DNA of 63,530 nt, filler included, from Phoronis australis (lineage: Eukaryota > Animalia > Phoronida): the NCBI GenBank assembly GCA_002633005.1. It is 5 parts of 5 records of this genome, joined end to end, with 100 filler letters (N's around TTAATTAATTAA, not from the genome) between each part and the next. Parts side by side here need not be neighbours in the genome. Positions count along the whole stretch, not along the records: positions 1 to 27,117 come from NMRA01000928.1; positions 27,218 to 52,544 come from NMRA01000161.1; 3 more parts are not named here. One strand, 5' to 3'. The notes below the pieces were generated by a model. It searched no databases and was not told the DNA's origin. It was given only the letters and a program-made list of their open reading frames with translations. How positions within the stretch are numbered: position 1 is the first letter of the stretch; every line of letters begins with the position of its first letter. Both the position numbers and the translations under genes were made by a program. Shown piece by piece: positions 25,389 to 37,544 of the stretch.

Positions 25389-26079
25389 TTAAGACATCGT
25401 AAGATAGTCTTTGCTGGTGTTCTAATTTTCAAAACTGATCTACTGATGGGGTTGTTTTTCATGCTTCTGTTATGAAATTGGTGACTTTATGTATTTTATC
25501 GTTTTTGTTATTTATGGCACATCTCACTGGTTTACTCCCAAATCATTCCTTTCCAATGTTTTTGTACGTAAAACATCGACCTACACGATGTGCTGGAGTT
25601 TCAGCTTTGATCCAGCATTTCAAACAGCAAGACGCTGTAGCTCGACCTGCTGTGGTGTTATGTGTTTGCAGGTTATAGTGACCCGTATGCTTCTACATTG
25701 CTACATGCAGTTGAGATCTTATCAGAATCAAGCGCTTGGTAATAAAACTGGAAGTTACCCAGATCACCATCTGTTTTGTTCTTCTGCAATCACTTCTGTT
25801 AGTTTAAGATGTCTTCCATTTGTTCGAATAGGAAGTACCTTATTCCTGAAACGCAGGAGGCATAAGGGACGGATAATATTGGTTCAAGTCCTTGGAATTC
25901 AAATTCTGAACCAAGTGTGGCTAATCGATCAGCTGCCTCATTACCCTGGGTGCCAAAACATTCAGAGGTACATTCAACTGTGACACGATAATATTTACCT
26001 TACATTTTTTAAATTAGGAAATCAGAAACATTGCTGCACATTATGTAATTTCACAGCAGTGTTTTTAAAAGGCCGCTGA

Positions 26080-26700
26080 AGAACAAAATCATGCATATTT
26101 AATGAAATTTCATTAAAACCAACCAAGGAGCTCCAAAGATACAGAAGAAAACGAAGAAGAACAAAATTGCCACAAGGGGGCGCAGCTGGAGTTGGATCTG
26201 TCCGAACGGCGTCGTCATCCATTGTTGCTTTCAGATGGTTTAGCAGAAACACCCACGGAAGGAACGGAAACAAAACTGCCACTAGGAGGCGCCACAGTAT
26301 TCGGCCCCGTCCAAAAATCATAGTCATATACCCTCTTTCCAGTCTAAAGAAATGTGTCAATTTTCACAATCATCATAAGAGAGGAAAGATATCATCACTT
26401 TTTCAATAGAAATCTATTTACTAAATTTAATAAAAATCCGTCCAGGAACTCCAAGGATACAAAGTAAAACGGAAAAAGGATTACCACTAAGGGGCACAGC
26501 GGTTGTTAGATCCGTCCGAAAGTCGCCGTCGTCACCTGTTGTCACCTTCATATCAATGCACTTGCCAAATTCAAGGAAGATCTTGAAGAGTGTTTAGCAG
26601 AAAAAAACTGCCACTAAGAGGAGGTGCTGTAGTTGGAGTCTTTCTGAACATGGTCGTCAGTCGTCCTCAATGCATTGGAAACGCATGTATGGTTTAGATA
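26080..26700 (+). mobile_element. Second copy of the HINE-like family at 14470-15630
   Basis: Shared motifs such as aaaactgccactaggaggc, gatccgtccgaa and cacttgccaaatt. Confidence 0.5.
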
Positions 26701-29095
26701 ATAGAGGGCAGACGTCTAAAGCAGCTGTGAAAATGACAAAATGGTCATAAGGTGACGCACAATATATCGAATTCACTTTAAAGCGTGAATGTGGCGTCAT
26801 CTTCGTAATGCTCTGAGTTAGAGCAATGGCATCAATCAAAATATTTCGCCACGCAGTGCTTCCAGTTTACCTCCGTCATGGTTGTACGGACATTCTCATT
26901 AACATGTCATTTTGTCACCAATTCGTTATCAATGCCACTTGTAAATTTTTCAACTAAGCACGAAAAGAAGGTGGGGGGTGGGGGATTGTCGTATTTGTGC
27001 CTCAACTTCTCATAAGTTCTATAGCCCTACATGTGGTAAACCAGTCAGACTATCAGGGTGCAGTAATGCGATAGTACCATGAAATCATGAAAAGTCTTAT
27101 ATACCCTTAGAATACTGNNNNNNNNNNNNNNNNNNNNNNNNNNNNNNNNNNNNNNNNNNNNTTAATTAATTAANNNNNNNNNNNNNNNNNNNNNNNNNNN
27201 NNNNNNNNNNNNNNNNNCGTTGGTCCTTCGGTCACGTATGCACTCAGCTGGCTGGCTTTCAGTTCACTTTGTTTTGGTTATGTCTGCACAAGTTAACAGA
27301 GAGTTTTGACCCCGACTGACCCAGGTAGCACTGTCGTACTGTAGACTGGAATTCCAGGCGAAATACTATTGTAAACATAACTTTGCTCTGCAGACTGTCA
27401 CATAGTGCCACCTATTTTGGATAGCGGGAACAAAGCATGGCTCGTCCGTCATGTTGCGCTATCTATTGTTCTTTATTGTAGTTCATTATATGCTCTCTAT
27501 TTGATTTCTTCGCTCGTCACATGAATGTTACCGTGTTATTCATTATTGTCGCCTTGATCGTCATGATTGTCGTCGTCCTCCCCATTGTCGTCTTTCGATT
27601 AATTCCGCCAAGTGTCGCTCCTCCGAGCGCTCTCGTTCTTAATACTGTAATTACAGTAAAAATTCTTCAGTTTGGTAATCTTTAACTCTCAAGTGTTTTT
27701 CTGAGACGTCGATACTTTTGATATTCTTCTTAGTAACGCAAGTGAAATTCTATTATGGTTAGGAATAATATGAGACCGATTTTATGAAAGTAAAATGACT
27801 TATTCAATTTCCCTTATTTAGTGAGGCTAATAGGACAAACTGCAGCTCTAACACAGGCAAGTGTCTGTCTGCAAGTTGCCATATTACTGCATTTTGATGC
27901 CAACAACAGTGCGCACTTGTGATTCCGTATTTTCAAGGAATAGATGAGTTTCCATACTATAAGACACAAAAAGTAGGAAGCACAAGCAAATGACAAAATC
28001 TTCCACATTTGACTAAATACCTGAATGGAGACAAAGTTCGCATTAAGCATCCAGGTTTTATGGCAAAAATTATAACATTACCAAAAGTCTACATAAGTGC
28101 CATGTTTTCCTTCATTTCAAAATGTGGAGAAGGAGAGTTTTCATCCTGGATGTTGTTATCAAGTTCGTAAGTCCAACATTTGGTCATAAACAATATTTTT
28201 TATTATAGATGATCACAGGCAAATCATTACTATCACATACTAGACAGAAATATTTTTAATTTTAGGGAATTAACTTAAAACGCTAAAACTTCCAGCAGTC
28301 GCTTAGGTGAGTACAAGGAGTAAAGGTAAACCGGAGATGCCTGCTGACTTAATCTCTGTGAAATCAGTCCAATAACCATAGATTATGAAAGAAAAACCTG
28401 TTCCTATTAGGAGAATAATTTCACAATTTGATCCTCACTGTCTGACACCTCTTTCTAACCACTTATCTGTCTAGAATGTCGATAAATATGGTTTCGAATT
28501 GGAGAATATAAGGCGTTTCAAATGATGCAGAATTTAGACCATCATTGTGAACAAAGAACTCGAGAGGTAACAGGAATCAAAGCCAAACTTTCTACTTGAC
28601 CTTACAGGAACTGTCGAGCTGGACTATAAGTTACCTGTTTTCTGGTGTGACACGACACCAGGAGAACTGATTTCAAGGATCACCTGAAGGGGTAAAATTT
28701 TCAACAAATTCAGCATTCAAGAGCCAGTTGCCTTGACAACATGAGGAATATCGCGACTTTAAGCTACATTTTAACCTGTTTAGCTGGTTGCGAAACGAAA
28801 ATCGAATTATTCTTTTTACTTTCATAAAATCAGTCTTGTAATACACCGTGCCATGATAAAATTCTCTTTCCATTACCAACAATATCATCGTGACTGAAGA
28901 AAACACTTCATGGTTTATTGGGGTTGGCCAACCCTTAAACTGCAAATGAAAATGGGACTTGGGCGTAATGGAAATGTCATCTTATCAGCTACAGCTTTAA
29001 GTTCCAGACAATATATTTTTTTATCATTATATTAATGTCCAGTTTGATGATGGTTTTTGTCAGTATCACATTTGATTGCAGACATCACAAAGAAG

Positions 29096-29225
29096 ATGAA
29101 AATGAGGCTAAGCGAGGTTTGCTTTGTGCTATTTGTGGTCCTGGGGTGTATATCAGCCTACACACTACGAGACCTGTTCCATGCTCTTGAAGACAAAGAG
29201 AACGAAAAGAAAAGCCAAGCAGAAG
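29096..29225 (+). CDS. Secreted peptide precursor copy 1, coding exon 1 (signal peptide MKMRLSEVCFVLFVVLGCISA plus YTLRDLFHALEDKENEKKSQAE)
   Basis: Acceptor ttgcAG at 29080-29081; ATG at 29096; basic n-region, hydrophobic core and I-S-A cleavage site; phase-1 donor G/GTACT at 29226; conserved in copy 2. Confidence 0.85.
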
Positions 29226-30153
29226 GTACTTGTAACAAAAGTCTGTGACCCTCCAAGCATTTACCAAGCGTTCCTTGATTGGATTCGACATTATAAATGG
29301 CGTACCAGATGCATTGGAAATTTTGTAATGCTCATCACACTAATAGTAACTTCTATGGTTACTTTGTACTCCCAGTTTTACTCGTACTAGTGTAGAACAG
29401 TATTGAAGTAAGGTTACGTAGAGTCATATCGACAAGTCTATGTATTTAGCCATATACCTGTAAAACTATAGATTTACAGTTAGTAAATATACAGTATGTA
29501 CATTTTGAAAGTAGAAAGCCTGTACAATTTGATTTTCAGTTTTACAACAATCTCCCATTAACTGGGCCACAAATAAAATTAAGCAAAAAAAGAAATGTAC
29601 ATTTGTAATAAATTAACGGCAACAAAAACCTAACCAAATCTGGTTTGATATATGTCCAAGAAGATATCTCAAAAAACCTGTTGCAGTTTTCGAAATTATT
29701 TCGTTTTCGTTTCATGCAACTCTAGATTTTTTTCAGAAAATTCATAAAAATCACATCTTTTAATAGATGCTCAAGCAAAACTGAAACACTTGAAAATTCT
29801 TTTATAAAACAGTGCGTGAAGCCAAGTACATGAAGGTTTCCTGTGAATTCAATAGACCATTTCTGAGTTGTGAAATTAGCATTGGATACTTTTCCATGAT
29901 CCTACAATTAACCTTAAAAAAATCTTATAACTGAATCCCATCACTAAGCTGCTCGTTTTGAAAACTCGTTTTCGCTAACAGAAATGTAATGATTATGGAA
30001 GATGTAACTAACAGTAACATGCCTGTACCTTCACACCAAAAGGAATGTTGAATCAATCAATCAAGCAAGCAAATACTTAGAAGTTCAACATAGTAATTGC
30101 CTGTACAAGTGCCTGAAAACTTTCAGCCACTGCTCTTCATTTTGTACTTTCAG

Positions 30154-30698
30154 CCGAGGTCAAGAAAGACACTATTCCAGAACAATCAAATGTTAGTGGT
30201 AAGAATGACAATAGAGAAAAAGAACTTCTAGAAAAATTGTTGAAGTTACTTGAAGACAGGAAGAAGGCAAAACAAGTTCTGATCAACAACAATGACTTGA
30301 AGAAAACTGTGACTGAGAAAAAGACAGTGACGCAACAGAAAGCGCTTAACAACAGGGACCAGTACTTTTCACCAAGTGGTTTAACCGAGCGAAACTTCGG
30401 ACCGCAGGGCGTTCCACAAGTCCGAAATTTTGGGCCCCAGGGAGGTCCTGACCCTCAGCTGAGGAACTTCGGACCTCAAGGCGTACCCCAACAAGGATCG
30501 AATTTACAGCAGAAGCGAAATTTCGGAATGTATGGGCGTGAGCTGCAGAACCTGAAAAGTAATGCGAACAGGGCATTTGGACCATCTGGCCTGGACTATA
30601 ATCAAAGATATTTAGACGCGTATGACAGAGACTATTTAAGAACTATGATTGATGAAGAAATAGAGAGATTGTTCTTTAGATCTAAGAATCGGCAATAG
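30154..30698 (+). CDS. Secreted peptide precursor copy 1, coding exon 2 (pro-region, R-NFGPQG x3, KR-NFGMY-G-R, R-AFGPSG); 224-aa precursor
   Basis: Acceptor tactttcAG at 30152-30153 joins exon 1 in phase 1 (G+CC = Ala) and runs in frame into ORF 30237..30698; TAG stop; AATAAA about 75 nt downstream. Confidence 0.85.
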
Positions 30699-30771
30699 AG
30701 AGCATTACACAGCTAAGAATTCCAAGAAATTGAATTAAAATTAACAATCAAAACACAAAAATTATTTTTGT

Positions 30772-30782
30772 AATAAAATAAA
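30772..30782 (+). promoter_or_regulatory. Overlapping polyadenylation signals (AATAAAATAAA) of precursor copy 1
   Basis: Two overlapping AATAAA motifs downstream of the stop codon; conserved in copy 2 at 50804-50814. Confidence 0.6.
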
Positions 30783-32930
30783 GCTAAGTTCTTTCAAGAC
30801 CATAGCGAATTGGACGCAGTCCAGTACTTTTGGAATTAATGTATTTTTCTTTACAAGCTTGGCTTTGAGGCATGTTACCATTTTATATGCTTTAGCCAGA
30901 TCTCAGAGATGTCTGCTGTCTAACAGATCAAACTAAGAGCAGGCAGCTTTATGTCTAAACCTGACTTTCCGGAGGTCAACTTTATCAGAGGATGCATGAA
31001 AAACAGTACAATGTAGATAAGTTCAAAGTGATCCATTCAGGATGTGAGGCTTGATCACTGTTTCACACTTTCGCCATAGAAATGTATGAGTGCAGAGGTC
31101 AGACGTCAAGGCAATGAACTAGACAGATAGTAAGATTCTTTTAACTGAACATTATATAGTGTCAGTTATCGATTATCTTAAAGCAGAAAAGCCCATGTAT
31201 TAGGTAGACCAATTCTTACATTTTACCTAGTGTTGGGTAGTAGTCACTTATAGGGGTCTAGCATTTGAAAAATGGTTTTCTTCTCTGAATTAAGCAGGCA
31301 CCAAACTGGTTCTCAAAATGCAGACTCCTGTAAGTGGCTTGATGCCCACTGTTGTATATTTCTGACTCATGGGCGTGTATTCTCCTCAGAAACCTTTTTG
31401 GTGATTCCTAGATTTAAGACCAATTAATGAGTATTTTTCAGTTATTTTGCAGAAAATAATTCCCTACTAGCCAGTTCTTCAAAGAGCAGCTTTGTGTATT
31501 GCAAGCAATCAAAATGTTATCATGACAGTTGTATGCCAGTGTTGTATAAAACCATGTTACTAGCATAGTAGAATTTTGTGTATTCTAGCTGAAAACGTGA
31601 CAAAATAAAATTTCACTTGCCTGTCAAATTGTGCACTGAATAGGTGAAATATTACCATGACATGAAGTTTCAATGCTGTGTCAAATTACAGTTACAATTT
31701 TTTCAATTTGGGATACAATATGTCGTAAAATTTAAATTTCGTTTGTCAACTTTCTGAACAACTGTAACTAACTTTTTTGGAAATTTCACTTTTTTATAGT
31801 TTGATCTGTATGGCATATCTTTTGGCGCATATTTGGTGAAATTTGTAGCATAATTATGTGGCGATGTATTTAACTTCTCAAAAATAGAAACATGGATATA
31901 TTTAGCAAATATTATGTCCAAGTTGAAGAATTTTTACCAGACTTCAAAGAAATACTGATTTGCCAGTGCTTTAAGGTTACCACCAACCTTATTCACAAAA
32001 AATGGCCACAAGTGTCTAGACAAATACCATATCTTCATTCTCAGGGAACTTCAAATACAAAGTATACACTGCGTGGCGAAAAAAAAATTAAAAGAACCAC
32101 CTTCGAACTGAACAACCACATGCATATTTGTTTACTTATTCGAGGTCAAAGGTTAAAGGGCTTTCAATCAAATCGAATCTCCCGCCAGGTACAGAACAGC
32201 TTCGTATACCCTCAGGCCTTTTATTCACAAAATCGCCATAACATTGAGTCAACGAGCTGTACTTATGGTGCGGGGGAAAACAAAGACACAACATAGTTTT
32301 GGTCCTATTAGAGTTGGGAGTTGTGCGTCTACATGCATATGACCGTTGGCGTTGAGAACGAATGCTATGTTTGCCTGATTCTTCTGTGGTCACCAACAAC
32401 TTGCGAAAAGAGATAAATCCTCACCCTAATTCCTTCATTCAATTAATAAATTGACACTTCAATGTTTCGATCTCATGCTAACGACATGCTTTAACCACCG
32501 ATTCGATTTTTGTTATCCATTTCTTACTTGGTTCCGTACCAGTCTCCAAGCACGTGAGGTGTACAGGCTAAGTGTATAACAATGAACTGTGCCCTATTTA
32601 TATAAAGTAGGCCAAAACGTCATAAACAATAGTAAGAATTAGCTGGGAAACGGTACATTTTAATGATAATTAAGTTAATTTTGCACTGCAAAATGAGTAG
32701 ACAATGCGAGTGAATGTTGAAATAGCGAGCACATTTAAGGCTTCCATAGGTTATGTGTACCGACAACAAGTTTTCACCGATTAATTAACCGAAGATTTTC
32801 ACTTGTCCCAGTTTAATCGGCTTTTTCTCGGCTTCGGTAAATCGACTTTATTTGAACTTAGGAACACAAGTTCTCGAAAACGGCTCGGCATTTCGCTGAA
32901 ACTTTCCAAATTTAATATTTAGTCATCAGT

Positions 32931-33100
32931 CTCAAAAACGCTGTTAGGATTTTCCATATAAGTCTACTTTTTACAAAAATAATTACCTTTTGCGAGTTGA
33001 TTGGTCTACTTTTTACAAAGAAACTTTGCGTTTTGCGAGTTGATTTGTCATAGAAACCAAACGAAAAGACTAATCAAAAATTCCTAACAGCGTTTTTGAG
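32931..33100. repeat. 19-bp perfect inverted repeat enclosing a short direct duplication (probably internal to a MITE)
   Basis: ctcaaaaacgctgttagga at 32931 and tcctaacagcgtttttgag ending at 33100; gtctactttttacaaa and tttgcgagttgatt each occur twice between them. Confidence 0.6.
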
Positions 33101-34280
33101 GTAACTGGTGAAGTTTTCATTTAAAAAAGTTTGATTGACCGAGGGGTTATTTTGCTATGAATGTGCCTCTCTTTAAAAAAGGTTTTTACGTAGATAATAA
33201 AGGTACATTAAGACTAAAAGTATTCTCATATTCCCTAATCTTTTTTATTTCAGAAAATATATACTTTTACAATTTGACAACGCTTAGTTTTTTGATATAT
33301 GAGTTAGAACAGAGGCCACTAAATAAGGTTGGAGATTACCTTAAGAGCAAACTGCTAAGATACCCTTACAAGAAAGAAAAATGTGAGGAGTAACCAATAA
33401 ACTAAGGTTTGAAAATGCACATCTTCACCAAGTCCTTCTGGGACATTATATCCTCCGTTGCAATGAAAATTATTCAATGTAACACAAAAATAATTACTAA
33501 AATTCATATTTTTCTATTTTATCGGCTTACTGTACCACTGCATATGTGAAAATTTTCACCAAATGTTTGATGACATCTACACCAAAAAGACTACATGAAT
33601 AGAAACCAATCGTTTCTGGATAAATTATTTTTGTTGACAAAATGAAATTTTACCTGTATGCCAACTTGTGTCCCAAGTGAAGCATTCTTACCCTAATTTC
33701 TCAGCAATCTGTGATTAGCACGATTCTTAGTGAAGGCAGCAGACAACTGCATACAACAGGTGCATGGGTCATACCAGTTTTGGAGGTACGGTAATTCTTC
33801 AAGTGTTTAGCCGGCAAGTGAAATTCTATTTTGTCAAATTTATCCACGTAAATCAAGATTAAGGAAATATTAGTTGATCACTACCATGGTTTGTACTGTA
33901 ACTGGTGGTGAATTTCCAATATTTTCAGCAAAGCAACCAGCCTTTGAAGATTGGAAAAATGGCAATGTTGGCAAATATTTTTGTGGGCAAAGAGAGGAGA
34001 ATTCCCATACACATAACATACATCAAGTTGTATCCACACTACTCTACCAGGTTGTCATGGTGTTAGTCAGAACTTTGATGTTCCACTAGGGCTCATGTGT
34101 ATTACATGTATGCAACAACACAGCAATCAAAATGCAACTTCAAGCAGTAAATTTGCAGACTTTGCGTACAGACCAAATTTACCCTAAAATGTAGGGAGGG
34201 GGTTGAATTTTTCGCAGTGGACCTTTCACTCACTAAAAAAAATAGGTTTGCACAGCGTACAGAGCTTTCGCCAAATTCTA

Positions 34281-34395
34281 GCCTCTTTAGTGGACTTTTT
34301 TCTCATTTTCTCAGACTTTTGGTTTCTCTCAGGACCTTTTTGGCCACTTTGCCAAATGGGGTACTCATTCAAGCCCTCACCCGGGTATGCGCATG
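34281..34395 (-). mobile_element. hAT-like MITE fragment, same family as 3209-3337
   Basis: Reverse-complement similarity to 3209-3337. Confidence 0.5.
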
Positions 34396-37300
34396 GGTAC
34401 TTTTCCTACTTACTTGCCTCTGAAACACTTTCTAAAATACATGTAGTGAATTGATCACCAATTATCAGAATAATTTAAGTTGTTTAGATGAGGGACAACG
34501 CGCTTACTGAAAAGATCCTGTTAATCAATAGAAAATGTCCTTACTGAACTTAGTTATGTTAATGTATACGTCATTTCTTAACACAAAAACATATCTGCAA
34601 AAATGTGTTGATGAATCTACACTGGACCATGTTTTGCACCAGACGATATTTCTTAACCATTCACAAAATTTTTTAATAATTATTCAGTGCAAGGGTCTGT
34701 GAACACGTACCACCATACTGCATGTGAAAAGACCTCGAGGCTCGAGGCTTGACTGTGGCTCGAGTATTATTGTCAGCTCAACATGCTACGAAGTCAGTGC
34801 AGTTACCATATCCGCAAAAAACATGCTATACAACTTGCAGTATAAATTCTACGGTCCCTTGAATAAGACATTGTCATTCTTTGGAATAACTGTGCAAAAA
34901 CACATGTTCCCTTCTTTCAGAAGCTACTTTCTTCACAGCTCAGAACATGCGACCTTTCATGCTCTGCCATTTTGTCAACAGAACGTATTTAGCCGTAAAT
35001 AGCCGGAAAGACGAAGTAAGCAATCCACAAATCACAGAAGTCGTGGCTTTTAGGTTATGCCTGTGACACACATACCGATAGAAGAGGCCTCGCGATTCGC
35101 CGATTATCAAGCTATATCAAGAATGAAATGAAGCAACTTTTCAGAGTTTGTAGCGCAACTTTTTGGCTAAAATAACGATTTTATAATATTTTTTTTAATT
35201 TCTAACTTTAAAATCTTCCTGGTCTGTTTCGACTACAAATCAGCGTATTTATTGAGAAACAAGCAAATTAGTAATCTCTTTTGAATTTGCGTATTTGTGC
35301 CTGGTCGTGCATACTTGCGTACTGGAGGCTTGATTTCCAGACGAATCCACATTTTTTGCGTACGGTACACAGGTCTGACAGTCATACTGCAGTGGCATCT
35401 TTTATGTACACCTGAAATATTTGCACACCGTGGCTAAAAGTCGCATTCATCACCATATTGAAAAAACTGTTTGGGTTTGTGGAAGATTTTAGTATTATGG
35501 ACTAAACACAGCTCATAGCAAGTCACAGGCAGACGCACAGACAAATCAGACAGTGAGAGTGTGAACATTGTGGATAAGGCACATGGATGAAACAATTCTT
35601 TTATCATATCATTCCAACAATGAAAATGATGAATACATTTATGATATGAGGAACATTGGCTGGGCTGCAGACAGCCGCTACCAGTTGACTCCATTGTTCT
35701 GTACTAAAGCTAATTATACCAGTAATAGACCACATGACAGAACACCATAGAGTTTTAAAATTTGATAACTAACTACAGTTAATTGATTATTATAAAATAA
35801 TTCCCTAAATAAAAAGAGGCAATAAACCCACGCGACCCATGAAAAAACAAATGTTGATTTAGGCCACTCTAGTTTGTTATTAAGTCTAGCTCATCTTGTT
35901 ACCTACTCAGATCAAATATGATTTCACGGCTTTAGAAGAACTGACAGGTAGTTATTGCCTCAGACCAGGCCCACGAGCCTAAGTTTCAGTAAACAGCGAA
36001 GGTAATATAGCTAGCAGTACAATTCCAGGCAATTCAGAGTAACCAATTTCAATTCAAAAAGATAAGAACTCGTTACAAAAGCCTCTCATTTTCAACTATT
36101 ATGACGAATTCCAAATCAAGGTGCAAAAATTATATTGCTAGGTGTTCCTGCAATCTTTTTTTTTTGGCATCAGGACTCAAAAGTTTTAAAATTAAATGCA
36201 ACTACTTTCATCAATGGGTATCAGAACACAAAAATGGCAACCCATGCCTACTTTTTATCATATTTATTCAAGTAAAAATCATCCTAACTTAACTTTTTAT
36301 GAAGAATTCAATTTCAAAGGGAACATAGTTTGAAAACCACCAGTTTTAGACCATAATGTATCAATATATTACAGTAGTGTTTTATTCTCCAGAAGTCAAT
36401 ACTAATGCTGTAATGACATAAGTCCACAAAAAGAACCTCAGATCAGTGTTCCTGTGATCAGGCCTCTTGGCCACAGCCGCTCTTGTACATAAAACACAAG
36501 ATGCTGCGATACAGTAGAGCTTCTAATGTTGATGATCGATGCTTTTGACGAGCACAAATGCTCAGTAAAGACTATTTTTAACACTTAAGTCTGAAACTTG
36601 ATTCCAAAACAGACCAATTGCAGGTCACGCTTGGAATAAACTACCTTATAAAGTTGTACTCAAAATCATCATACGTGACTGGTTGAATTCTAAGTCCCAG
36701 TCCGAACTCACATTACGCTCATGGTGTGAGCTCATCAGTCTGCAAGTTGGGGTACCTTTACAACGGATGGACATATTATGGATACGCAGTTTCTTAGATA
36801 ATATGTTCACGTTTAAGCTTTCCATTTGATTTTGAGCAGTGATAAGCACCAAGTAGAATGTTCCTGGGCACTCAGTTAGTCCAACTTCAGCATTTTTACC
36901 ATTTAATTAACAAACTGGACACCAGCAACTTAATTGACCTATCCCCATGAAGTGAGTTCAGTGCCTAAGCGAAATGCAGAAAACAGAACATTGCTTTGGA
37001 AGACGAAATGTGTACATGGTGAAAGATGACTCTAACCCTAAAGCACAAGGACTGACAGTGATTTAAAATGAACATTTTTGACATCAAATAAACACTGCCG
37101 TGAACATGAAGCAGCACAGTTACAATAACAGTTATCTAGATGGGGGACAATCCGTCATTGTTTGTAAACATCAAAATTCAAGCTGAAATTGAATTATCTT
37201 GATTCTGAAGATTGAGACATGGGTGATTTTGTCATTCATGATACTTCTCAAATGCTGGAAACTGTGCTTCACATCGACAGAGTTTGAAAATAGACTTGGC

Positions 37301-37544
37301 AGTTCATAAAATCGTTAAAAACAGACCGCGACGCATAGATGATTTTATACTTCCCATAGTATACAATGTTGAGATGAATAATGATTTGGCAATGATTGTG
37401 CTAGGCTATCTCTCACCTTTAGCTAAGTCAATAATTTTAAACTGTCCCAAACTGTATTTTTATTGTTCAATAAAATTTTCCCTTATTAATCACTAAATAA
37501 ACTTCATATTAAATTATCAAAACTATTAGTTTATTGTAACTTAA

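Larger units (their letters stand above)
27636..31019 (+). repeat. Segmental duplication, copy 1 (contains precursor gene 1)
   Basis: Aligns colinearly with 46426-51050, from ttcttaatactgtaattacagtaaa to aaaaacagtacaatgtagata. Confidence 0.9.

Noticed and set aside
25672-25983. Possible terminal ankyrin-gene exon after tgtttgcAG (VIVTRMLLHC..., or STLLHAV in another frame)
   Set aside because: The phase-0 frame lacks ankyrin consensus and the ankyrin-like frame has the wrong phase; not supportable without transcripts.
27118-27217. TTAATTAATTAA flanked by 44 N on each side (also at 52545-52644, 57157-57256 and 60853-60952)
   Set aside because: Identical 100-bp all-frame-stop contig spacers, an assembly artefact. 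Adjacency across them, including ankyrin gene to peptide genes, is uncertain.
30512-30541. Resemblance of NFGMYa/NWGKYa to echinoderm NG peptides (NGIWYa, NGFFYa) and of AFGPSG/NFGYYP to dermorphin (YAFGYPS)
   Set aside because: There is no Asn-Gly start, no neurophysin domain and no N-terminal Tyr. Five-residue similarity does not support homology, so no gene symbol was assigned.
30137-30585. Minus-strand ORFs conserved in both duplicates (also 50214..50617, and 28673..28945 with 47424..47690)
   Set aside because: They are antisense shadows of the precursor exon or by-products of recent duplication, with no independent coding signal.
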